Positions 40,002 through 52,701 are shown, numbered from the stretch's first letter. The stretch is 64,000 nucleotides of DNA from Vicugna vicugna (GCA_013265495.1 MU062453.1:558001-622000); one strand, 5' to 3'. Notes: generated by a model from the letters alone, not told the origin. Translations and numbers: made by a program.

Positions 40002-41130
40002 CTTTTTCTTTTTTCAGAGTAACTTTAAAATTTTCTTATATTATTGAGTTACAGTCAGTTTACATTGTGTCAATTTCCAGTGTAGAGCACAATTTTTCAG
40101 TTATACATGAACATACATATATTCATTGTCACATTCTTTTTCACTGTGAGCTACCATAAGATCTATATATTTTCCTGTGCTATACAGTATAATCTTGATT
40201 ATCTATTCTATATATATCTGTTAGTATCTACAAATTTCGAACTCCCAGTCTGTCCCTTCCCACCCTCCTCCCCCTTGGTAACCACAAGTTTGTATTCTAT
40301 GTCTATGAGTCTGTTTCTGTTTTGTATTATGTTCATTTGTCTTTTTCTTTTCTTTATTTTTAGATTCCACAAAAGTGATCTCATATGGTATTTTTCTTTC
40401 TCTTTCTGGCTTACTTCACTTAGAATGACATTCTCCAGGGACATCCATGTTGCTGCNNNNNNNNNNNNNNNNNNNNNNNNNNNNNNNNNNNNNNNNNNNN
40501 NNNNNNNNNNNNNNNNNNNNNNNNNNNNNNNNNNNNNNNNNNNNNNNNNNNNNNNNNNNNNNNNNNNNNNNNNNNNNNNNNNNNNNNNNNNNNNNNNNNN
40601 NNNNNNNNNTGTCTTTTTGAAGTAGGGCTCCTTCTGGATATATGCCCAGGAGTGGGATTCCTGGGTCATATGGTAAGTACCCTCCTCCCCCTTGGTAACC
40701 ACAAGTTTGTATTCTATGTCTATGAGTCTGTTTCTGTTTTGTATTATGTTCATTTGTCTTTTTCTTTTCTTTATTTTTAGATTCCACAAAAGTGATCTCA
40801 TATGGTATTTTTCTTTCTCTTTCTGGCTTACTTCACTTAGAATGNNNNNNNNNNNNNNNNNNNNNNNNNNNNNNNNNNNNNNNNNNNNNNNNNNNNNNNN
40901 NNNNNNNNNNNNNNNNNNNNNNNNNNNNNNNNNNNNNNNNNNNNNNNNNNNNNNNNNNNNNNNNNNNNNNNNNNNNNNNNNNNNNNNNNNNNNNNNNNNN
41001 NNNNNNNNNNNNNNNNNNNNNNNNNNTGTCTTTTTGAAGTAGGGCTCCTTCTGGATATATGCCCAGGAGTGGGATTCCTGGGTCATATGGTAAGTCTACT
41101 CCTAGACTTTTGAGGAATCTCCATACTGTT
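40002..41130 (-). mobile_element. 5'-truncated young L1 with 11-bp TSD AGGTCCTGCAT (39991-40001 / 41131-41141)
   Basis: L1 3'UTR and ORF2 C-terminal sequence (DLPYDPGIPLLGIYP), T-rich tail on left, identical flanking direct repeat. Confidence 0.88.
40263..41096. repeat. 417-bp tandem duplication inside the L1
   Basis: Unmasked parts of 40263-40679 and 40680-41096 are identical with a constant 417-nt offset. Confidence 0.9.
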
Positions 41131-41315
41131 AGGTCCTGCATATTTGAAGAGTTTATCTCACACTGTCTGGAGTGCTTGTGTCTTCCTAAGACCTCCACAT
41201 TCTAGCCACTTCACCCAGTCCAATTAGCATATGGCATCAGCTGAGGGACCAGTGTGATGTTCTGTGGATGTCCAGCTGGTCCAGGACTCTTCAGGCTACA
41301 TCACAAAAGAGAGCT

Positions 41316-41858
41316 ACTATTTACAACAGNNNNNNNNNNNNNNNNNNNNNNNNNNNNNNNNNNNNNNNNNNNNNNNNNNNNNNNNNNNNNNNNNNNNNNN
41401 NNNNNNNNNNNNNNNNNNNNNNNNNNNNNNNNNNNNNNNNNNNNNNNNNNNNNNNNNNNNNNNNNNNNNNNNNNNNNNNNNNNNNNNNNNNNNNNNNNNN
41501 NNNAAAAATACCACATGATATCACTTATATGTGGAATCTAAAAAGAAAGACACAAGTGAATTTACTTCCAAAACAGAAACAGACTCACAGACATAGAAAA
41601 CAAACTTATGGTTACAGCGGGGGAAGGGAGTAGGAAGGGAAAAAAATGGGTGTTCGAGATTTGCAGTTACGAACTACCATATATAAAACAGATAAACAAC
41701 AAGTTTAAACTGTATAGCACAGGCAACTACATTAAATGTCTTGTAGTAACCTATAATGAAAAAATATGAAAAGGAATATGTGTATATACATCAGACATTG
41801 TGCTGTACAGAAATTGACACAATATTGTAAACAGACTGTACTTCAATTTAAAAAAAAC
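41316..41858 (+). mobile_element. 5'-truncated L1 3' end with TSD AAAAGAG(AG)CT
   Basis: L1 3'UTR (KYHMISLICGI), A tail; removing it restores the ERV-L RT sequence. Confidence 0.85.
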
Positions 41859-43214
41859 AAAAGAGCTGAAGAGCCAACATAACCAGCGCAAGACTACATG
41901 CATACTGTTGCCCCCTCCACCTGCGTATGAACTGCCTCTGATCCTCTCTTTTTTTGATAGCGACGGAAAAGAACACATTCACCAGATCAGTGGCTGCAAG
42001 ACACGTACGAGACTGTGCTCTGGGGAAAACCCACATCTGGCACAGCAGCTGCACGGAGGCTGCTGTTGGGCTGAGGTCGCTGTAGTCCATTGTCATCCTC
42101 CAGGATATGCCTGGCTTTTGCAGCGGCCAGACTGATGAATTAAACATGATGTAACGGGACTGCCGCCTCCGCATCACTTGGGTTTTTAAGGGTGGCACAA
42201 GTGTCTGCCATTCCTCCAGGGATGTGATATTTATTTGATTTACTCTCTTGGCTGAGTGAAGGAGGGGGCTGTTTCAGAAGTTCCCACTGGCCCTCCTCAC
42301 TACAAAAGCCCTTACCCCATAGGCCAGCGGATCCATGTGGGAGTTGGGCCAGTTACCTCTAAGTCTATTCCAGGCGGGGCTGGGGAATGACCACAGGGCT
42401 GGCCAGCGGGCTTAGTGGGCTCACTGCCATCCAGACTTGGGCCAGGATTTTATTTATTTCCTGCCCCCTATATGCCCTCAGTTTAACAGGGAGGTCATGA
42501 TGATGCTTCTGGTCTCTGGGTATCAGTGACAACTCAGACCTCGTGCCAATGGCTCTTATAATGTTTGCATGTCCACCTTTCCTTCTTGGCATACGGTTAT
42601 CTGTCATGGCCTTGCAGAGTCCTTCAAGGGGTCCTGCCTCCCCTTCACTCGATGTGTTCGGAATCCTAAAACTGGCTCAGGTCTGGAAACTGAGTGAGGG
42701 AGTGTGATTTTTTGAGGACTGGCCTACCACCTGATCAGGAAAGCTAAATTATGAAAAATAAGTTTCTTAGCACAGAAGAGACATAGCATCACACATTCCT
42801 ATGTGCAATAGGCATAGGAAAAGGACTAGGAGGAAACAGAGTAAACTTTTGGCCATACTTACCTCCCAGTGGTGGTACTGTGGATGGTTTTAATTTTCTT
42901 TGTGTTTTTCTGTGTATTTCATATTTTTGTACCACAGCAGATGTACTCCTCCTTGCCAGAGACCACGTGTGGGTATGTGTGTTTTCTCTGCTCTAGGGAG
43001 AGGCTGCAAAAAATCATCTTGGTGTAGCTGTTAAGTGGTTGGCAGCTCTCTATTCTCCAAAGGCTGGGTGTGGGCATGTGGCATCACTGAAGAAGTCTCC
43101 CGAGGAAAGACTCCTTTGGAATCATTGAAGGTGGCCTCTCCCAGAGGAGGGGGGAAGGGGCCACACTGTCTGGGGAAAGGGGCTTTAACCAGCCCCTTTG
43201 TCCTAAAGGGGAAC

Positions 43215-43690
43215 ATACACTTGCCATACAAGACAGTAATTTTGCTCCTAGGTATTTACTCAACAGAAATGAACACCTATGTCTACATCAAGACTTGTAC
43301 ATGAAGCCTCATAGCAGCTTTGTTCAGTTTGTATAGCCTCAAACTGGACACAACCCAAATATCCATTATCAAGTGAATGAATCAACAAATTGTGGTATAT
43401 CCTTACAATGGACTACTACTGAGCCATAAAAAGAACAGACCATCAGTGTACCCAATAACATGGATGAACCTCAAAATAATGATGTTAAGTGAAAGAAGTC
43501 AGAAAAGAGAGTGCATAGTGTTTGATTCCATCTATATAAGACTCCCTAAAAATGCAAAGTAATCTGTAGTGACACAAAGCAGATCAGAGATTGCTTGGGG
43601 ATGTAGTGGTGGGAAACAGGAGGGAGGGAGCATGAAGGTGTATGGGAAAGTTGTGGGGATGATTAGAACAGAATTTAAGTTTCACAGGGG
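43215..43690 (+). mobile_element. Old L1M (L1MB/L1MC-like) 3' end
   Basis: aaattgtggtatatc...acatggatgaacctcaaaa...agtgaaagaagtcag signature. Confidence 0.8.
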
Positions 43691-43849
43691 TAAGGGGACA
43701 TTCTGAGCAATGAGGAAGTGAGGAACTACTGAGGTTGGACGGCATCATGGAATTCCCCAAATTCCAGGAGAAAGAACTGTCCTACATATCTCTAACTTCA
43801 GGTGTGGGGCAGTGATGGCATCTTCTCTTGGCTCATCTCCTCTTTTTTC

Positions 43850-44082
43850 CAGTGTTTCTCAACCTTTATTTTTTAAGTTAGCTCCTCCAAAAAGACTTTT
43901 TAGGTATTTTTTCCTAATTGTCCTCCCCATAAAAATTTAATGCCACAGATATATTGCATATCTGTTTATGTACTATGGTCCTCTGAGGGCCACAAACCAT
44001 TATAATATCTAAGTTTTTTTCAGGCTCCAAGAACCAATTTCCACCCCTTTGGGGGCAATATTGCCCCTGTTGAGAATGTATG
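43850..44082. mobile_element. hAT-Charlie non-autonomous MITE (subfamily uncertain)
   Basis: TIRs CAGTGTTTCTCAAC / GTTGAGAATGTATG; internal cagatatattgcatatctg palindrome. Confidence 0.7.
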
Positions 44083-44324
44083 CCTATTCCTTTAAGAAAA
44101 AAATTAAAGCAGGCAGGGAAAAAGCAGTATTACAATTTAAATGATCTGATTTGTTTCTTTGACAGAAATGCAGCAACACACATAACTGTGAAAAATGTCT
44201 CCCCAGCACTATGCATTAATGTGGGTTAATGAAAACGGGCGGCTGAAATGAGGAGAGGGGGGTTTGGAAGGCAGCCTGCTTTCAGCCAGAGCAGAGAAGC
44301 GGTGGAGTCTTTCATGTGCGACTA

Positions 44325-44340
44325 GAGCCCTCTGCTGGCC
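44325..44340 (-). promoter_or_regulatory. CTCF-like motif (CCAGCAGAGGGCTC)
   Basis: Near-perfect CTCF core in a short unique island between repeats. Confidence 0.55.
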
Positions 44341-44529
44341 ATTTCGGGAACATATCCCAGTAAATTAAGCGTAGCCCACTCATTTACCTGTTTTCCCAGC
44401 ATACATAGGCGTGGGTTTGATAACCAAGGCTCAGCAAGATTTAACAACCAAGTCAGAACGGCACAGCAGCAAGTGGCAAAACTGGCATTCCAAGTCAGGT
44501 TTGTCCAAATCCAAAGCCCATAATTTCCT

Positions 44530-46230
44530 CCTTATTTGAGGTTGAGGTCACTTATTCACCTGTAGCTGTTCAATTGCTCCAGCATCAATTGTTGAAAAGT
44601 CTGTCCTTCCTTCATTGCATTTCTCCTGCGTCTTTGTAAAAATCAGTTGGGCATGTTTATGTGTGTCTATTTCTGGGTTCTCCACTATGTTCCATTGATA
44701 TATATATGCCTATCCATCCACTGATACCACAGTTTTGATTATTGTAACTATATTGTAAATCTTCAAATCAGTAGACAGATCTTTCCATTTTATTCTTATT
44801 TTCAAAAATTGTTTTAGCTACTATAGTTCCTTTCTCTTTCCATTTAAAGTTTAGAATAATCTTGCTTATATCTACAAAAACATTCTTGTTGGGATTTTGA
44901 TAGGAACTGCATTAAACCTTTATATCAATACAGGGAGAATTGGCATCTTTACTGTGCTGGGTTTTCCAATCCATGAACAAGGTCTGTTTACCCACTTTTA
45001 AAGATCCTCTTCAATCAGCATTTTGTAGTTCTTGGCATGCAGGTTTGATATATTTCGTTAGGTTTACACCTAACTATATAAGTTTTTGAGCAATTAAAAA
45101 TGATATTATATTTTAAATTTTGGTGCCCATGTGTTCATTGCTGGAATATAGAAATACAATTGAATTTGGTATGTTTACCTTGTATCCTATGACCCTATTG
45201 AAGTTACTTATTAGTTCTAGGTTTTTCTGGTTTCGATTTTTTTTTTGTTTTGCAGATTCCTTGGGATTTTCTACTTGGACAATCATGTCATTGTAAACAG
45301 GGACACTTTTATTCTTTTCTGATCTGTATGCTTTTTATTTCCTTTCCTTCCCCTATTGCAGTGGCTAGAACTTCCAGCACAATGTTGAATAAGAGTGGTG
45401 AAAGCAGTTATCATTGTCTTGTTCCTGATTCCGGGGGGGGGGAAGCGTCCAGTCTTTCGCCATTACGTACAATGTTAGCTATAGTTTTTTATAGATGCTC
45501 TTTATCAAATTCCCCTCTATTTCTATTTTTCTGAGAGTTTTGTTGTAAATTTCAAATACATTTTTGTCAAATACTTTTTCTTCATTGGTTGATATAATGG
45601 GCTATTTCTTTTTTAGTTTGTTAATATGGTAGATTGCATCCCTGTAATAAACTCCATGGTATAAAATTCTTTTCATATATTCATATGTCTTTTCATATAA
45701 TTAATACATACTTCTATTCGCTGATATTTTGTTAAGGATTTGCACATCTAATTTTCACAAGGAATACTGGTCTGTATTTTTCCTTTTTTTGTACCCTATT
45801 TAAAATTTTGGGGGGAGCCGGTATCAGTGAATACTAACTTCATAAGTTTAACAGGAAAGTGTTTTCTCCTCTTGATTTTCTAGAACAAAGTGTGTAGAAC
45901 TGGTATTATTTCTGCTTTAAACATTTGGTAGAATTCTCTAGTGAGACCATCTGGGCCTGGAGATTTCCTTTTTAGGGGTTTTAAAACTGTAAATTAAATT
46001 TCTTTAATTCTATTTCATATTGGATGAGTTGTAATGGTTTGTATTTTTGGAGGAATTGGTCTATTTAACCTAAATTGTCAAATTTCTGCATATAAAGTTG
46101 TTCACAGATCCTCCTATTATCATTTTGATGTCTTCAGGGTCTGTCGTGATATGCTCCATTTCATAACTGATATTAGCAATTTATGTCTTATCTTTCTATT
46201 AGTCTTTTTAGAGGCTTTTCCAACATGCCA
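44530..46230 (-). mobile_element. Old L1M ORF2 remnant
   Basis: T-rich reverse L1 ORF2 motifs (ttgaaaagtctgtcctt, atgttgaataagagtggtga, ccatctgggcctgg). Confidence 0.8.
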
Positions 46231-48064
46231 CACCGCCTAAACTCCAGAAGTACATTTTAGTAACCATCTTTGAATTCTTCAGAGCACTCAGCCTGATGAC
46301 ATGCCCTTAACTGACCTCAGGAAATCAATGTTGAATTACAATTGATTCCTGCCTTATACTCCTGGGTATCTTGGTGTTTCTTTGGAGTTTGAGGCCAAAC
46401 TGCATTCCTGCATCTTCAGAATGGCTCATGGTCTCTCCAGCCTTTTTGTTGTTGTTGTTGTTGCTGTTCTTAGCGGCGCTGGTTGGAGTTTGCCAGAAGC
46501 TAGCTTTGAGATTTCAGGGGCAGGCAGGTACCATCAAACAGATATTGGTTACTTGGGTGAAAGTTCCATCTAAAGTAAATTTGTGCTTAGACCCCAGATA
46601 CTGATGCCACATGAATACACCAGATCTCGTGTGTTAGGAGACTCCAGAAATAAAAACCTAACAAGAGGACACACACTGAAATGAGACTTCTTACTAATAT
46701 CTGGGAAGCGGCAGAAGGGCCTCAGACATGGAGCTGGGGCAGAAGCTTACACTTTAGTGGATTAAAAAAATATATATATATATACTTTTGCCCAATCCTT
46801 ATCTTTCAAATTTCCTTTGTCACCTGGTTGTAGATCCTTTTTTTTTTTTTGCAAACCACACATAGTTGGATTTAGTTTTTTAACCAACCATTAATCTACC
46901 TCTTCTTTGATGTGTGAATTCAACCTGTTCACAATCTGCAATAATTTTGATTATTTTTTCATTTTTATTTATGTTTACTGTACTTTGATTTTGTTTCTTT
47001 TTCACTTTCTTTACTTTTTATATCTTCATCAATGTTCCCTTTATTATTTCTTTCTTAAATTAGGAGACATTTTTACTAGGAAACAAAGGGGAAAATACAA
47101 TCATGAAAATCAAGAAGGCTAGGCCCAAATGACTAGTGGTGTGGATACCTGAAAAAGTCATTACAGAGGTTTTGGATACAGAAGAACAGATGAAAGAAAA
47201 AAAACTTAATTTTTACACCAAAACACTACTTTTGCTAACATTATAATGCAAGTATTTCAACCTGTTTCTTGAATATTTTATAAACAGAAATGCATGTTTA
47301 TATATGCATATATATAATGCAAAAATAATAAGGAATACTTGTACACTCATGACCCATCTAAAAAACACAAGACTTCCTCTCTCTCTTTCCCCCTAAATGT
47401 AAGCCTCTTCTTCCTTCACAGATGGAATTACTATCTTAGATTTTGTGTTAATCACCCACTGGCTTTCCTTCGTACTTTTACTGCCTATGTATGTATCCTT
47501 AAACAATGTATGCCAAATTCTGTTTTTGAGTTTTATATACATGCAATAGCATGGTATTTGTATTTTTCCTTTTTCGCTCAACATTATTTAAGATAATAAT
47601 CTTAATGTGCTTAACTGAGGTTCATTTTCACTGGTGTATATTATCCCCACTGTATAACCACACCAACATTTATTTATCTGGTCCACTGTCAATGGACATT
47701 TGTTACTTTCTCTTTTTTCTCAACTGTCATTACAAAAACTTGCAATGTTGCAATGACCCTCCTTGTACATGTCTGTGGGTGCGGGTGTTTCTCGAGGGCG
47801 GTGTTCTTCTGTGATGGAGCGACTGGCATCCTGGAGGAGCCCCTTCCTCCTGTCCTCTCACGGACACAGTGCAGGGTACTGGGTCTCTTTGGCCATCTCA
47901 CATGCTAAACGCCTCTAGCACCCTCAATCACAGTGACAACCAAATCATCCCAGTATTTCCAAAGCCCTTTAGAATGCCCAACTGGGAACTCTCATTTTAG
48001 GGTATGTATCTTGAGGTACAACTGTTGAGGTGCAGGTTATGTTACTGTTTAATTTTCACTTTGA

Positions 48065-48680
48065 ATATATACTGTTTGGTGCAACCACTATGGAAAACAG
48101 TATAGAGTTCCTTACAAAACTAAAAATAGGCTTACCATATGATTCAGCAATCCCACTCCTGGGCACATATCAGGAGGGCACTCTAATTTGNNNNNNNNNN
48201 NNNNNNNNNNNNNNNNNNNNNNNNNNNNNNNNNNNNNNNNNNNNNNNNNNNNNNNNNNNNNNNNNNNNNNNNNNNNNNNNNNNNNNNNNNNNNNNNNNNN
48301 NNNNNNNNNNNNNNNNNNNNNNNNNNNGAAGTCAGTCAGAAAGAGAAAGACAAATACCATAGATATCACTTATATGTGGCATCTAAAAAATGAAAAAAAT
48401 GAACTTATTTACAAAACAGAAAGAGACTCACAGACATAGAAAACAAACTTATGGTTACCAAGAGGGAAAGTCGGGGGGAGGATAAATTGGGAGTTCTGGA
48501 TTTGCAGATACTACTATACATAAAATAGATAAAGAACAAGGTCCTACTGTAAAGCACAGGAAACTATTTTGCAATAACCCATAATGGAAAAGAATATTAA
48601 AGAAATATATTTATCTATACCTGAATCACTATGCTGTACCAGAAATACGATGTTATCAGTTGCATATACTTCAATTAAAA
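48065..48680 (+). mobile_element. L1 3' end
   Basis: ggtgcaaccactatggaaaacagt...LPYDSAIPLLG, 3'UTR ending cttcaattaaaa. Confidence 0.88.
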
Positions 48681-48901
48681 GAATGTTTACTGTCTTGCTG
48701 AGATTTAGAGACAGAGTGGTTTCCCTGTGTAAATCTGACATACATGGAGTTCATGTTATACAGCACACTCATGTGCTACATGCCTATCCATAGCCCAGAC
48801 ACCCCCACAAGGCTTCACATACATATTTAATGGTGGTGTGCCAATGACTCACCCTGTTTGACAAAAGATCCACATTTCACATTCTCTTCAGGACAGAATA
48901 T

Positions 48902-48907
48902 TTTATT
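48902..48907 (-). terminator. Candidate ZNF polyadenylation signal (AATAAA)
   Basis: Plus-strand TTTATT about 250 nt past the end of the last ZF ORF. Confidence 0.35.
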
Positions 48908-49159
48908 ATCTTGTGATAAGTTTGGTATCACATCTGAAATGCGATTTCTCTTTACACAAGATTTTTATCTACATCCTTAAAAGAATACCTTTCCCTTCCA
49001 CATCTCTGAACACTTCTTGAAGGCTTTCATACGATCAAAGCATTTATAGAGTCTCACTCCGATGTTGCTTCTCTAATCGCAGTTAGCTACACCCTACTAA
49101 TAAAGACTTCCCCACGTGCGTTGACACTTAGCGGCTTGGCCCTGCGATTTCGCTGCTGT

Positions 49160-50933
49160 TTACCGGGCACGACTGGGAGACGATGGCTTCTGCACGTGGA
49201 GCGTGCCGATGTGGGTTTTCTTCGCGTGCGTTTCCCTTTGAAGTTTGGTGAGGGCTGAGCTCTGGCTGAAGGTTTTTCTACATTCATGACATTCATAGGG
49301 TTTTTCCCCTGTGTGAATTCTCCGATGTTTTGTGAGGGCTGACTTTTCATAGAAGGTTTTCTCACATCTGGGACATTGGTAGGGTTTCTCTCCGGTGTGA
49401 GTTCTCTGATGGACAAGGTTGGATTTCACACAGAAACACCTCCAGCGCTCATCACATTTATAGGGTTTGTCTCCTGTGTGGGTCCTTTGATGCTGAGTAA
49501 GGTTTGACTTCACACAGAATGTCTTCCTACATTCGCTACATTTATACGGCTTCTCTCCCGTGTGAGTTCTCTGATGTACCGTGAGGGCTGACTTTTGGCA
49601 GAAGGACTTGCCACACTCACTACATTCATAGGGCTTTCCTCCTGCGTGAGTTCTCTGGTGTTCAGTGAGGATGGACTTCACAATGAAGGACCTTCCACAT
49701 TCACTACCTTCGTAGGGCTTCTTCCCTGTGTGCGCGCTCTGATGTCGAGCGAGGTTGTTCTCTCATGGAAGCGTTCCGTGCATTTATTACAGTTGTAGGT
49801 TTTCTTCCCACTGTGAACTCTCTGATACCGAGGGAGGTGTGACTTCTCAGTGAAGACCCTCCCACTCTCACAAGACTCGTCATCTTGTTTCCCCGACTGC
49901 GTTCTCTGATGCTGAGTGAGTTTCAACTTCTCGTGGGAGGATTTCTCACACTTACTACCTTTAAAGCTTTTCTCGCTCAAGTTAATGCTCTGATTTAGAG
50001 TCGGGTGGGACTCCTTCTTTACGGCCCCCTCACTATCATTGCACTCTCTGGGGTCTTCCACTGTGTGAATTCCCTGATGTTGGGTCAGGCATGAGTTTTC
50101 AGGGAAGGATTTCCCACATTTGTTGCAGTCATGAATTTTCTCTCCTGTGCGGGTCTGCCCACTTTGCATGCGGGGTGACTTCTGCAAGGCTCCCTCACTT
50201 TGGTTATACTCCTCTGGTTTCCCTCCTGTGTGCAGTCTCTGATGCTGACTACGGTTTGACCTATTGCTAAAGGATTTCCCCAATTTACAGCATTCACGGC
50301 GAGCTCTCTGATGTACATGTTTTGAATTCATGCATGAGGATTTCCCATTTTTACTGGATTTGTGTGGCTTCCTTTCCCCTAAGGGCTCTTGGGCAAGCAC
50401 TGAGCTTTAACTTTTGGAGGAAGGCTCGTCTACATTTGTTACTTTGAGAGGGTTTCTCTCCTGTGTGAGCTCTCTTACATATAACAAAGGCTGTCTTTCT
50501 GTGAAAGGCTTTCCTACCATTATTACATTCAAGAAGTTGCTCCAAAGCTGAATTCTTCTGATGTTGAATAAACTCCTCAATTGTCTGTGGGATTTCTTCT
50601 TTTGATCACTTTCACAGGACTTGTTCCTCGTATGAACTTTCTCATGTACAATATCAAGGAATCCACATCCACTGAAATCATCAGTGTTCTTTCTCACATG
50701 GCTTCTATTATTAACAGTCAATTCAGAAACATTTTTCAAGTTTGTTACAGATGAGTCACCTTTGTGGGATATTTTTCTTGAGGGCCCTGAGTTTGTGACC
50801 AAAATAAACATTTCTCTGAAGGTCTTACTTCTCTCCTTAGTCAATGTTTTGTTGTTGATGAATAAAGTTTGCCTCAAATACTGGTCCTCATGTTCTTGGC
50901 TTATCTATTTCATGGTACTGGTTCCCTGGACTT
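49160..50933 (-). pseudogene. Spacer/zinc-finger exon: degenerate fingers then about 5 near-intact C2H2 fingers
   Basis: Acceptor catatttctag| at 50934-50935; TAG at codon 10; ZF homology alternates between two frames (shifts near 50590, 50390 and 49760); HTGEKPY linkers in ORF 49160..49681. Confidence 0.9.
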
Positions 50934-51499
50934 CTAGAAATATGAAAAATTACTATACATGATGAATCCTGACACATTCATTAAGGAATAGGTTTGTACA
51001 CAAGTGCCCCAAGTTGAATTGATTCTTAGGTTTCAAATAGGCTTCTAGGATGAAAGAACTCCTAAGCAAACATTCATCCTCCTCTTCTGGTTTGATACAT
51101 GAAAATCAGAACAAAAACACATATCGTGGTAGAAAAAGAGAGAGAAAGCTGAAGAATGGGGCAAAGATAAGGGACACTGAGTAGGAGACAAGGAAGACTG
51201 AAGGGTGATCCAGGGAAGGGTCAGAGCAAAGTTTAGGTTTGGAGGCAGATCAGAGACTTAGAACTTTATCCTCCTCTACCCCCAGAGCTTAATTACTGCA
51301 GTGAGTTCCTGACCACACTCCATATGCTTCCAATCTCTTCGTCCTCTTTTCCATTCTGTATACAAACTCCCAATTACATTTATGAAATCACTAACTTCCT
51401 CTGATCTAAATGTCAGCCCCATAGATCAGGCCCCATCTCTTCATATAGTTGTGGTATGGGAAAACAATGTCCAAGAGAGTGTCAAAGTATAGGAGAGGT

Positions 51500-52010
51500 T
51501 AAGCCACGCTTGCAGTGGGATCCAGAGTAGAATTCAGTCCTACTAGGGCTATAAGGCTTTGCCTTGAGTGAACTTTCTGGCATCATCAGTTCCTTTCTCC
51601 TCACTGAATCCCCTCTCATCCCACAGACTTCCCTGCTGCTCCCTGATTACACCAAGCACACTCCTGTCTCAGAGACTCGGCACCTACTGTCTCCTGGATC
51701 TGGAATCGCTCAGGCACCCCATGGCTCACCCCATCCCTTCATTCAAGACTCCATGCCACTATTTCTACTCAATGAGCCCTTTTCCTGAATATTCTTCCCA
51801 AAACAGACCTCCCTGGCAGTCTCTATTCCCTTCCTCTGACTTTAATTGTTCAGAAGGCTGACTACTACCAGAAATGTTACATATTTATTTGCCATTTGGA
51901 TCTGTTAATAGGAGCAGAGACTTTGCTTTTGTGTCTCCTGTGCTTAGAACATGACTGGCAGATAGCAGGTGCTTAGAAAACATTTACTGTATAAAATAAC
52001 GCATCAGTAA
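51500..52010 (+). mobile_element. L2 remnant
   Basis: ttcattcaagactcc ... agaacatgactggcagatagcaggtgcttagaaaacattt. Confidence 0.6.
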
Positions 52011-52369
52011 TTGCATATTTATAGAGGGTTCAGCACAGGAGGGAAGGTAAAGGACAGCCATTATTGAACAGAGAGAAAACCAGAGAAATAAAGGTCTAAG
52101 ATGAGGAAAGCAGCAATTGGATTCTATAAAAACCAAGCAAATCTCTCTCTAAAGAAGTCAAACAGAAAACATAGAACATTTGCATATAAGAGTGATATTT
52201 GGAGGTTTGATATCCTAAGGTGTGGTAGTCACCTGTCTTTGGTCACTTCTCAAAGTCCGGAGCCTCTAAAAGAGATTCCTAAAACACATTTTAAAGATAC
52301 CAACCCCTGAACCAGCCACTTTGGATCCACTTTGCACCGGCTGCCTTCTGTCTAACCTCATTAACTCAC

Positions 52370-52465
52370 TTGGGTGGCTCGAACTTGGGAGTTTTCCTTC
52401 TAATGTCCACAGTTCCTCTCCTTGCTCCAACTTCAATATCAGCTCAGGTTTGGTAACACAGTGAC
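52370..52465 (-). CDS. KRAB-B exon (HCVTKPELILKLEQGEELWTLEGKLPSSSHP)
   Basis: Canonical 96 nt, cacaacag| ... ccaa|gtgagt, open frame. Confidence 0.9.
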
Positions 52466-52701
52466 CTGTTGTGAGACATGACATGGGACTTGACAAAGCT
52501 GCTTGGGGTTCAAGTCCTTTGAAGAATCAGAAGGGAGGTGCTTTAGAAGCTGCACAATGATGGGGGCCCCATCACCCTCATCAAAGAAGACCCTTTCATG
52601 AGGGAGGTGAGAATACAATATCCTTTCAGTTCCCTCAAAGGCCTTTGAATCCAAAATCTCAAGCCTAAAACTCACAACACGCTACAGTGACTTGGTTCCT
52701 A

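Larger units (their letters stand above)
39020..42745 (-). mobile_element. ERV-L (class III) internal pro-pol remnant, interrupted by two L1 insertions
   Basis: Decayed protease (GTRSELSLIP..LPVKLRAYRGQEIN), RT (FNSSVWPLQKPGISWRMTMDY..AATDLVNVFFS) and tether/RNaseH (TWILSDQP, GTSKLHEQ) motifs on minus strand. Confidence 0.88.

Noticed and set aside
40208-41086. 292-aa ORF with an internal repeat
   Set aside because: Artefact of the duplicated L1 3' end plus N runs translated as X
50407-50877. Calling the KZNF an intact ZNF334
   Set aside because: In-frame stop and three frameshifts; KRAB and spacer differ substantially from ZNF334 as I recall it; symbol left blank
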